Assembly: GCA_036229005.1 (NCBI GenBank)
Contig: JAZAMN010000004.1
Coordinates: forward strand, 1 to 64,000
From: Myxococcota bacterium
GTDB taxonomy: Bacteria > Myxococcota_A > UBA796 > CAJQPC01
Direction of reading: 5' to 3'
DNA: 64,000 nt
Numbering within the stretch: the stretch's first letter is position 1; every line of letters begins with the position of its first letter. The notes under the pieces are model-generated. The model was not told where the DNA came from and ran no database searches. It saw nothing but the letters and a program-made list of their open reading frames with translations. Positions 38,797 to 47,091 of this stretch are shown one piece after another. The translations under genes and the position numbers were made by a program.

Positions 38797-41100
38797 ATGC
38801 TTCTCTTCCTCTCCCTCCTGGCCTGTAGAGGGCAAGACGAAAGCGCCCTGGATCCCACCGCCGACCCGGACGGCGATGGCCTGACGACCCAGCAGGAGCT
38901 GGACGGCTTCGCGATCACGGTCGACGAGACGGCGCTGCCGGACGCCCGGACGGCGCGGGTGGCGTACTCGGACCCGCTGGTGGCGGATACGGACGGGGAC
39001 GGCCTGGATGACGCCCAGGAGCGGGCCGCGGGCACGGACCCGGAGCGCGCGGACACCGACGGCGACGGGCTGAGCGACCTGGACGAGCTGGAGCGCTGGT
39101 CCACGAGCCCCACGAGCGTGGACACGGATGGCGACTCGGCTGGCGGGCTGAGCGACGGCAGCGGGGTGCCTCTGGCCCGCCTCTTTGACGGGGCGGAGCT
39201 GGCGCTGGACGCCGACGGCAACGCGAGCCCCACCGCGACGAGCCCCATCCAGGCGGACACGGACGGGGACGGGGCCAGCGACCACCTGGAGCTGCTCTCG
39301 CCGACGCGGGACGCCATCGTGGCGGAGCGGCCCAGCTTCGTGGTGTCGATGACGCCGGGCAGCGACGTCCGGATGTCGCTGAACACGACCTTGGGGGCCT
39401 CAAACGAGAACAGCGAGAAGTACGAGACGCTGCAGAGCAGCCAGACCTACAGCTCGTGGAGCACCGAGGACACCAACACCGAGGGCTTCTCCGCGTTCAT
39501 GAGCGAGAGCCTGGAGGTCACGGGGAAGCTCTCCCTGTCGGCCAGCAGCAGCGCTGTGGGGCTGGGCGTGGAGGGCTCGCTGACCGAGAGCGTCAGCATC
39601 GGGGTGGGCCAGAACTGGGGCGGGACCTACCAGGTCAACAACGACTGGAAGGTCGCGGCGCGGTCCATGTGGAACGAGTACCAGACCGCCTCGCAGACCC
39701 AGAGCCAGACCATCGACGGGGGCACCCTGCAGGTCTCGATGGACGTGGTCAATACCGGAGAGCGCAGCTTCTCCCTGTCCAACCTGTCGATGGTCGTGAG
39801 CACCTATGACCTGCTGGAGGGCGGCCTCAAGCCCCTGGCGACCCTGCGCACCGACCAGGACGTGCTGTCCCTGTCGCGGGGGGAGAGCGCGACGCTGATC
39901 TTCTCGGTCGACGACATCGACAGCGACCGGATGATGGCGCTGCTGGTGAACCCCGGCTCCCTGCACTTCGCCCCCGCGACCTACCAGCTCGAGGGCAGCG
40001 AGGGGGTGGACCTGGACTTCCAGCTCGAGGACATCCAGCAGCGCGCGGCCACCCTGGTCATCGACGGCGGGGACGGGGACCTGCGCCGCATCGAGGTCGC
40101 CGCGAACGTGGGGCGAGACGGGGCCGGTGACCCCGTGGGGCGCAGCGTGTCCGAGATCCTGGACCACGTCGGCGTCTCCCACAGCGCCGCGCCTTTCGAC
40201 GGGGACGGGCTGCTGCTCTACACCATCGACGGGGTGCCCACGGTCACCTTCGAGTCGGACCCCAGCCTCTTCGAGGGCCTGGACGCGCCCGGCTACAGCT
40301 ACACGGACGGACCGGGGGACGCCTGGCTGGAGCAGGCCTGGTTCGCCTTCCTGGAGCGGGAGGCCGAGCCCTACGACGGCGACCTGCTGCAGGCGCCGCT
40401 GGAGGCCGGGGATCAGGCCCTGCTGATCTACACCGAGGACCTGGACCACGACGGCATCACCGACCACGAGGAGCGCCTGCGCGGGAGCTCCGACGACAGC
40501 CTGGACAGCGACGGGGACGGCCTCAGCGACTTCTGGGAGGCCCGCGAGGGCTGGGAGGTGCAGGTCACCGGCGGGACCGCCTACCGCGTGCTGCCCCACC
40601 CCGGCAGCGCGGACCTGGATGAGGACGGCCTGAGCGACCCCGAGGAGCAGGCCTTGGGGCTGGACCCCTTGGACCCGGACACCGACCACGACGGGCTCAG
40701 CGACAGCTACGAGCTGGAGTACGACGGCCCCCTGGCGCTCGACCCGCTCACCTTCAACAGCTTCTCGGCGCCCGTGATCACGGGGTGCAGCGTGGTCTAC
40801 GTGGACTACGAGTTCTGGAACGGCCTCTTCTACGAGCAGCGCTACGACGTCCCCGAGATCACCGTCACCGTCACCGACGCGGACGGAGACGCGGTCAAGG
40901 TCCAGGAGGTCGTCGGCTTCGGATACGCCCCGGCCGTTTTCTTCGATCCGACCGCCGAGGCCTCCGCCTTCTTCGATCGAAGCATGCTCGCCGACTACAG
41001 CTGGGCCCAGGTCGAGATTCCCCGCACCACCGAGTTTCTCTTCTTCGCCCATGACTCCTGGGGCCTGCAGTCCGAGACCTTCACCTGCTACGGCGCTTGA
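38797..41100 (+). CDS. Lipoprotein with DxDGDGL Ca-binding repeats and a binary-toxin-B/protective-antigen-like core (paralog 1)
   Basis: 'LLAC' lipobox; 'DPDGDGLTTQQELDGF'; Ser/Thr-rich alternating strand region; 'LQVSMDVVNTG', 'PLATLR', 'EDIQQRAATLVIDG...EVAA'. Confidence 0.72.
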   Translation: MLLFLSLLACRGQDESALDPTADPDGDGLTTQQELDGFAITVDETALPDARTARVAYSDPLVADTDGDGLDDAQERAAGTDPERADTDGDGLSDLDELERWSTSPTSVDTDGDSAGGLSDGSGVPLARLFDGAELALDADGNASPTATSPIQADTDGDGASDHLELLSPTRDAIVAERPSFVVSMTPGSDVRMSLNTTLGASNENSEKYETLQSSQTYSSWSTEDTNTEGFSAFMSESLEVTGKLSLSASSSAVGLGVEGSLTESVSIGVGQNWGGTYQVNNDWKVAARSMWNEYQTASQTQSQTIDGGTLQVSMDVVNTGERSFSLSNLSMVVSTYDLLEGGLKPLATLRTDQDVLSLSRGESATLIFSVDDIDSDRMMALLVNPGSLHFAPATYQLEGSEGVDLDFQLEDIQQRAATLVIDGGDGDLRRIEVAANVGRDGAGDPVGRSVSEILDHVGVSHSAAPFDGDGLLLYTIDGVPTVTFESDPSLFEGLDAPGYSYTDGPGDAWLEQAWFAFLEREAEPYDGDLLQAPLEAGDQALLIYTEDLDHDGITDHEERLRGSSDDSLDSDGDGLSDFWEAREGWEVQVTGGTAYRVLPHPGSADLDEDGLSDPEEQALGLDPLDPDTDHDGLSDSYELEYDGPLALDPLTFNSFSAPVITGCSVVYVDYEFWNGLFYEQRYDVPEITVTVTDADGDAVKVQEVVGFGYAPAVFFDPTAEASAFFDRSMLADYSWAQVEIPRTTEFLFFAHDSWGLQSETFTCYGA

Positions 41101-41107
41101 GGTGCCC

Positions 41108-43072
41108 ATGTTCCTGCTCCTGCTCGCCTGCACCCCCGAGTCTCCAGAAGAGGTGGAGCTGCGCTCTGACTCCGACGGGGATGGGCTCACCTACCAGGAA
41201 GAGGTGGCCGGCTGGACCATCTCACTGAACACCACGGGGTACAGCGAGGACACCGTCAGCGTGACCGTCAGCTCGGACCCCACGGTGGCCGACAGCGACG
41301 GCGACGGCCTGGACGACCAGGAGGAGCTCTGGTACCGCTGCGACCCCATGGCCGCAGACACCGACGGCGACGGCCTCTCCGACTACGACGAGGTCATGCG
41401 CTGGGGGACCAGCCCCTCCCACGTGGACAGCGACGCGGACAGCCGCGGCTCGGACCCCGACTTCCCGGCGCCTCCCCTGAGCTCCCTCTTTGACGGCGCG
41501 GAGCTGGATCTGGACGCGGACGGGGTCCCCGGGGACGGCGCGACCTCCCCCAGCCTCAGCGACAGCGACGGCGACGGGCTCTCCGACTACGAGGAGCTGC
41601 AGTCGACCAGCCGCCTGGCCCACGTGGCCGAGATGCCCACCTTCGCCATGTCCCTGACCCCGGACGCGACCGTGGATCTGAGCCTGGACGTGGTCTACGC
41701 CAGCAGCGAGGGCGTCACGACCTTCCACAAGGCCAGCCTCAGCTCGGACTCCGGCTCCGAGGGCGGCAAGTCCTCTCTGTTCGCGTGGGAGGCCAGCATC
41801 GACTTCTCCACCACCTACAGCAGCACGCAGGAGATCAACGCCTCCTGCTGCGGGACCGACCTGGGGGGCGGCTCGGTGAGCCTCACGGCCGCCCTGGAGA
41901 GCAGCCAGCGCTCCAGCGCCAACGAGACCATGGGCGTCAGCGAGGGCGCCTGGCAGGAGAGCACCCAGGCCTACCAGGACTACAGCGAGCGCAGCAGCAG
42001 CGAGTCCTACAGCGTGCAGGGCGCCCGCGTGCAGGTGCTCGTGGACCTGGAGAACACCAGCGAGAGGGCCTACGTGCTCTCCGACTACGGCCTGCTGGTC
42101 TACACCTACAGCGCCGGCCTGCTCATGCCCCTGGGCACCCTGCGGCCCGAGTTCGACTTCGTGACCCTGGGCCCCGGGGAGTCCGTGTCCGGACTCATCC
42201 TCTCCACCGAGGGCGCGGATCCCACGGCCGTGGCCCAGGCCATGTCCAACCCCCGGACCCTGGTCTTCCGCACCGCCAGCTACGCCATGTCGGACGAGGA
42301 CGGCGTGGACTTCGACTACCAGTTCGAGGAGGTCTACCAGAACACCGCCCGCCTGACCCTGGACTTCGGGGAGGGGGAGGTCGAGCACATCGATCTCGCC
42401 GCCAGCGTCGACCGCGAGCCCTACGGGGACTACGCCGGCGTCCCGCTCTCCCGCGCCCTGGACAGCCTGGAGATCGCCTGGTCCCTGGACACCCACACCA
42501 GCCCCCACACCGGCGGACAGGAGCAGCTGCTCTCCGTGGACGGCCGCGACACGCTGGTCTGGGAGGGCGACCCCGATCCCTGGGAGGGCCTGGACGCGCC
42601 CGGCTACTCCGAGACCGAGGGCCCCGGCCTGCGCTACATGGCCGCCGGCTGGGTGGGCTTCGTGGTCCGCGAGGACGCCGCCAGCCCCGTCGACTACGAC
42701 AACATCCTGGACGTCCCGCTCTTTCCCGGCGACCAGTTCACCTTGGTCTACACCCAGGACAAGGACCGCGACGGCATCTCCGCCCGGGAGGAGGCCCTCA
42801 ACGGCTCTCTGGACGGCCAGATCGACTCCGACGCCCAGGGCGACGGCACCACCGACGGGCTCAGCGACTTCTGGGAGCTCCGGGAGGGCTGGATCGTGCA
42901 GGTCGCCGGCCAGGAGCCCTACCGCGCCTTCAGCAGCCCGGCCCACCTGGACCTGGACGGGGACGGTCTCCGCGACGATCAGGAGCTGGCTCTGGGAACC
43001 GATCCCAACCGCGCGGACACTGATGGGGATGGAAGCCCAGACGATCAGGACCCCGCCCCGCTCACCCGATAG
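41108..43072 (+). CDS. Lipoprotein with DxDGDGL Ca-binding repeats and a binary-toxin-B/protective-antigen-like core (paralog 2)
   Basis: Start 'MFLLLLAC' 7 bp after paralog 1; colinear with it; 'EINASCCGTDLGGGSVS', 'VDLENTS', 'PLGTLR', 'EVYQNTARLTLDFG...DLAA'. Confidence 0.72.
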   Translation: MFLLLLACTPESPEEVELRSDSDGDGLTYQEEVAGWTISLNTTGYSEDTVSVTVSSDPTVADSDGDGLDDQEELWYRCDPMAADTDGDGLSDYDEVMRWGTSPSHVDSDADSRGSDPDFPAPPLSSLFDGAELDLDADGVPGDGATSPSLSDSDGDGLSDYEELQSTSRLAHVAEMPTFAMSLTPDATVDLSLDVVYASSEGVTTFHKASLSSDSGSEGGKSSLFAWEASIDFSTTYSSTQEINASCCGTDLGGGSVSLTAALESSQRSSANETMGVSEGAWQESTQAYQDYSERSSSESYSVQGARVQVLVDLENTSERAYVLSDYGLLVYTYSAGLLMPLGTLRPEFDFVTLGPGESVSGLILSTEGADPTAVAQAMSNPRTLVFRTASYAMSDEDGVDFDYQFEEVYQNTARLTLDFGEGEVEHIDLAASVDREPYGDYAGVPLSRALDSLEIAWSLDTHTSPHTGGQEQLLSVDGRDTLVWEGDPDPWEGLDAPGYSETEGPGLRYMAAGWVGFVVREDAASPVDYDNILDVPLFPGDQFTLVYTQDKDRDGISAREEALNGSLDGQIDSDAQGDGTTDGLSDFWELREGWIVQVAGQEPYRAFSSPAHLDLDGDGLRDDQELALGTDPNRADTDGDGSPDDQDPAPLTR

Positions 43073-43107
43073 AGGGCCCGGGGCGCCCCGCCCCGGAGGA
43101 CCCCCGC

Positions 43108-43590
43108 GTGAAGAAACTCAGTGCCCTGATGGGTGTGTTGGCCCTCTCCCTGGTCATGTTCTTCCTGTGGATGACCCGGAGCTGGCCCTTCGACGCCCTG
43201 CCCGACGCCCCCGTCACCGCCTGGGAGGACGCCAGCGTCGAGGCCGACGCCCTCACCGTCACCGGCACCGCCCAGTACGAGCTGCGCGTGAGCATCACCC
43301 GCGGGGCCGCCCTGGGCCGCGAGGAGCAGACGCTGTACCTCTTCCCGCTGATGAAGCCTGGGGACATCAACGCCAAGGAGATCCGCATCATGGTGGCCTC
43401 GCCGGTGGAGCCCGATCGCTTCACCACCTACGAGGACCTCACCGTGTCGGGGTGGGCCCTCCCGCCCGCGGCCGCCATGACCTATCAGCTCGAAGACTCC
43501 TTCATGGAGCGCGGCTATAGCTTCACCGACGACTACTTCGTGTTGGAGGTCTTCCCCCCGCAGGAGGGTCAACAAACACCCCCTGAGTGA
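43108..43590 (+). CDS. Hypothetical membrane-anchored protein (160 aa)
   Basis: GGAGGA RBS, GTG start, N-terminal hydrophobic helix after MKK. Confidence 0.75.
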   Translation: MKKLSALMGVLALSLVMFFLWMTRSWPFDALPDAPVTAWEDASVEADALTVTGTAQYELRVSITRGAALGREEQTLYLFPLMKPGDINAKEIRIMVASPVEPDRFTTYEDLTVSGWALPPAAAMTYQLEDSFMERGYSFTDDYFVLEVFPPQEGQQTPPE

Positions 43591-43810
43591 GGAGGGGGGT
43601 GGATCCTGAATCACCCAGGGCCCACCAAAGCCCCCGTTGACCGCCCAAAAACCTGGCACGACTCCTGCAGCAGTCGAGGACACGCGGAGACGAAGGACGT
43701 CGCCGCAGAGCATGGGCTGCAGTCCAGCCAGGAGCGCGCTCCCGGACGCGGATTGCTCGGTGTTCTGTCTCTACGATTCTCTGCTGTGGCGGCGTCCTTC
43801 GGCTCTTTGA

Positions 43811-44010
43811 CGTCGATTCGCACCCCTCGACCGAAGGTCGGAGGGGTCGAATCTGACGCTACGTCGATTCGCAGTCCACGACCGCAGGTCGGAGGGGTCG
43901 AATCTGACGCTACGTCGATTCGCAGTCCACGACCGCAGGTCGGGGGCTCGAATCTGACGCCCCGTCGATTCGGCTGAGCCCGCAGGGCGTGCTGAATCTG
44001 ACGCCCGTCG
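43811..44010. repeat. Tandem REP-like hairpin array (4 units), CGTCGATTC-inner hairpin-GAATCTGACG
   Basis: CGTCGATTCG at 43811, 43862, 43913, 43963, each closed by GAATCTGACG; same outer arms as 1612-1718. Confidence 0.9.
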
Positions 44011-44013
44011 AGC

Positions 44014-45372
44014 CTAGAGACTCGGCTCCCACTCCAGCACCCCGATCCACCCCATCCCCTCGGCGGCCCCGCTGCACGGCGCCTTCGGGTGGCCGACCGC
44101 GAGCTCCTGTTGGCCGTCGCCGTCGAAGTCCCCCGTGGCGATGCGGTGCTCGCTGACCTCGACCGAGGACTCGCAGGGGAGCAGCAGGCTGTCCAGCTTC
44201 TGCCAGCCGCTGCGGGTTGTGGGGGCGCGCACACGGATCAGCGAGTCGCGGTCCAGGGCGACCAAGGCCCGCTGCTCCGGCCAGGCGGCCTGCTGGGTGA
44301 AGGAGTTGTTGCCCGTCTGCAGGGTGGTGATCCAGGCGAGCTCCGGGCCCTCGAACACCCCGAGCTGGGTCGCCGAAGCCTGCTCGGCCGGGGTGCCTGG
44401 CCAGCCGGGCAGTGCGAACTCCCCCACGCCGTCGCCGTCCGTATCGCTCAGGGCGACCAGGCCCATGTGCCCCGGGGTCACCGAGATCTGCGCCGGCGTG
44501 TCGCCCCAGTCCACCTTCTGCTCGCGGCCGGCGGCGGGCAGCAGCTTGCTGCTCAGGAGCATCGCCCCCGCCTGGCTGCCGCCGTCGCAGGCCGGCGCCA
44601 GGGCCAGGATGTCGGGCAGGCCGTCGCCGTCCATGTCGCTGTTCACCTGCACCCGGTCGCCCAGGTACGCGCCGTCCGAGTCCATCTGGAAGCGCGCCCC
44701 CAGGGTGTCGGCGCGGTGGAAGCCGCTGCCCGTGGCGGCCAGGTCCGCGCCGAAGAAGATCCAGACCTCCCCAGCGCGGGCGGGCATGCCGGTGAGTGGG
44801 GCGCCCACGACCAGGTCCATCAAGCCGTCGCCGTCCAGATCCCCGGCGTCCAGGTCCAGCCCCAGGCGCCAGGCGTTCTCCCGGCCGCCGATCTGCAGCG
44901 CGGCCTGCTCGAAGGCCAGGGCGCCCTCCTGCGCGAGCTGCGCGCCGGTGAAGATGTGCACCAGCCCGTGCTCGGTGTCCGGCTGGGAGATGGCCAGCTC
45001 GCCCAGCCCGTCGCCGTCGAGATCCCCCAGGGCCTGCACCGCGCTGTGCCCCGGCGTGAAGGGCTCCGCGCAGGAGCCCAGGGGGACGAGCCACTCTCCC
45101 AGCGCGCCCAGCTCGATTCGGCGCGTGGACTCGCTCAGGGAGGTCTCGTGGCCGGTGAGGATGTGGAGCACCGGGCGCCCACCGTTCTCGCCGGTCTCGG
45201 TGGCCACCCCCAGGTTGTCGATCCCGTCGCCGTCGAGGTCACCGAGGTTGAACACGGCCTCGCCACTCCTGTCCTCGCCGGTGCCGAGGATCTCCCACTG
45301 GGTGTGGGCCTCCACCGAGGCGTCGTCAGGTTGGGCCGAGAGGCACCCAATGGTCAGCAGTGTCGTCAGCAT
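44014..45372 (-). CDS. FG-GAP repeat lipoprotein
   Basis: 'TIGC' lipobox; 'GDLDGDGLMDLVVGAP' and similar repeats. Confidence 0.8.
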   Translation of the reverse strand: MLTTLLTIGCLSAQPDDASVEAHTQWEILGTGEDRSGEAVFNLGDLDGDGIDNLGVATETGENGGRPVLHILTGHETSLSESTRRIELGALGEWLVPLGSCAEPFTPGHSAVQALGDLDGDGLGELAISQPDTEHGLVHIFTGAQLAQEGALAFEQAALQIGGRENAWRLGLDLDAGDLDGDGLMDLVVGAPLTGMPARAGEVWIFFGADLAATGSGFHRADTLGARFQMDSDGAYLGDRVQVNSDMDGDGLPDILALAPACDGGSQAGAMLLSSKLLPAAGREQKVDWGDTPAQISVTPGHMGLVALSDTDGDGVGEFALPGWPGTPAEQASATQLGVFEGPELAWITTLQTGNNSFTQQAAWPEQRALVALDRDSLIRVRAPTTRSGWQKLDSLLLPCESSVEVSEHRIATGDFDGDGQQELAVGHPKAPCSGAAEGMGWIGVLEWEPSL

Positions 45373-45445
45373 CCGTCCCTACCCTAGCGCACGCATCCCG
45401 GATCCGCGGGCGCGCCCCCGCATCTCTTCTGCGTTAACGCGGCGA

Positions 45446-46111
45446 ATGGCCTTCACCTCCCGGGATCACGTCCGAGCTGCGCTGCTGGCGCTCGTGCTGG
45501 CCGTCCACGGCTACCTGGCGCTGCCGATCCCGGGCAAGGTCTCCGAGGCCAGCTTCAAGCACCCCATCGCGGACGAGGAGCTGGCGCGCTGGTCCGGCAT
45601 CCTCTCCGGCGTGGGGATCGAGCGCACCCCGGACGAGCTCAAGGCCGAGCTGATCGAGCGCTTCGGCGGCCTGGCGGAGGCCCGCAAGGAGTCCATAAAG
45701 CCCATCCGGCCCCTGCTGCGGCTCACCGGGACCGGGCAGGCCTGGGGGCTGTTCACCTACCCGAACTCCTTCCCGCACACCATGCACATCCAGCTCCAGG
45801 TGGATGGCCAGTGGCGGCCGCTCTACCTGCCCCTGGATCCCGAGCACGACTGGAACAAGCGCCTGTTCGTGTTCCGCCGCATCCGCGGGGTCTACGACGA
45901 CAACGCGAACAACGCCCGGCAGAGCTACGACAACTTCGTGGACTGGGTGGCGCTGATGGCCCTGCGCGAGCACCCCGAGGCCAGCGCGGTGCAGGTCCAC
46001 TACGTGCGCGGCCACGTCACGCTCCCCGGTGAGCCCAAGGACCCGAGCACCAAGGAGAAGCACAAGCGCGTGCGCACCCGGGCGGGCTTTGAGCAGGAGG
46101 GCCGGCTGTGA
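45446..46111 (+). CDS. Hypothetical membrane-anchored partner of HTTM protein
   Basis: N-terminal TM helix; 'GTGQAWGLFTYP' motif (Q.W.LF.P); GTGA overlap with the HTTM gene. Confidence 0.7.
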   Translation: MAFTSRDHVRAALLALVLAVHGYLALPIPGKVSEASFKHPIADEELARWSGILSGVGIERTPDELKAELIERFGGLAEARKESIKPIRPLLRLTGTGQAWGLFTYPNSFPHTMHIQLQVDGQWRPLYLPLDPEHDWNKRLFVFRRIRGVYDDNANNARQSYDNFVDWVALMALREHPEASAVQVHYVRGHVTLPGEPKDPSTKEKHKRVRTRAGFEQEGRL

Positions 46112-47082
46112 AGGCCCTCTGGCAGCGCTGGGTGGGGCTGTGGTCTCTGCGGGAGCTCCCCACGATGCTGGCGCTGATCCGCATCTTCGTGGGGCTGGTG
46201 CTGCTCTGGGACTTTGCCGAGATCGGGCTGCACGGCATCGCCGACGAGCTCTGGTCCCCCGAAGAGTACGGCGGCCTGCCCTCCCGCGTGCTGCAGCGGG
46301 CCAAGCCCCCGGAGATCTTCGGCTTCTTCGACCCGGGACCGGAGCTTGCCTGGGGTCTGTGGGGCTTCATCCTGCTGATGCTGGTGCTCTGGACCCTGGG
46401 CGTCGCCCCCGCGGTGGTCGGCGTGCTGCTGGTGCTGGCCTACGCCCAGACCGCGCTGATCCTGCCCCTGGGCGACCGCGGCATCGACCTGGCCCTGCGC
46501 AACGTCATGCTCATCCTGGTCTTCTCCCGCTGCGGGGACACCCTGAGCCTGCCCGCGCGCCTCAAGACCGGCTCGTGGCTGGGAGACGGCAGCCTGGCTC
46601 CAGCCTGGCCCCGCCACCTGATCATCATCCAGCTCGTGCTCATCTACTTTCTGGCCGGCGTGCAGAAGACCGCGCTGACCTGGACCCCGCTGGGGGGCTA
46701 CAACGCGCTCTACGTGGTGCTCCACGACCCGCACATCGCGCGCTTTGACTGGGCGGGCATGGGCTGGCTGGACGGCATGGTGTGGCCGCTGCGCATCGGC
46801 ACCGCCGCCACCAAGCTCTTCGAGTGGGGGGCGCCCCTGTTCCTGCTGGCCTACTGGTTCCGGCTCACCGCGGAGCGTGGGGGTCGACTCCGGAGCTTCT
46901 TCCTGCGCTTTGATGTGCGTCTCTGGCTGGTCGCGGTCGGCGCCATCCTGCACCTGGGCATCGCCCTGACCATGCAGCTTGGCATCTTCCCCTGGGCCAT
47001 GCTGGCGCTCTACCCGGCCTTCTTCCACCCCGATGAGCTGCAAGCCCTGCTGGCCCGGATCCGAGGCCGGCGCACGGAGTAG
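46108..47082 (+). CDS. HTTM-domain polytopic membrane protein
   Basis: 'LALIRIFVG', 'IQLVLIYFLAGVQK', 'FEWGAP', 'LHLGIALTMQLGIFPWAM'. Confidence 0.8.
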   Translation: MKALWQRWVGLWSLRELPTMLALIRIFVGLVLLWDFAEIGLHGIADELWSPEEYGGLPSRVLQRAKPPEIFGFFDPGPELAWGLWGFILLMLVLWTLGVAPAVVGVLLVLAYAQTALILPLGDRGIDLALRNVMLILVFSRCGDTLSLPARLKTGSWLGDGSLAPAWPRHLIIIQLVLIYFLAGVQKTALTWTPLGGYNALYVVLHDPHIARFDWAGMGWLDGMVWPLRIGTAATKLFEWGAPLFLLAYWFRLTAERGGRLRSFFLRFDVRLWLVAVGAILHLGIALTMQLGIFPWAMLALYPAFFHPDELQALLARIRGRRTE

Positions 47083-47091
47083 AGTGGGGGC

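Noticed and set aside
43811..44010. CRISPR array interpretation of the ~51-bp repeats (also 1612-1718)
   Set aside because: Interiors are similar to each other and self-complementary rather than unique spacers; no cas genes or leader in the window.
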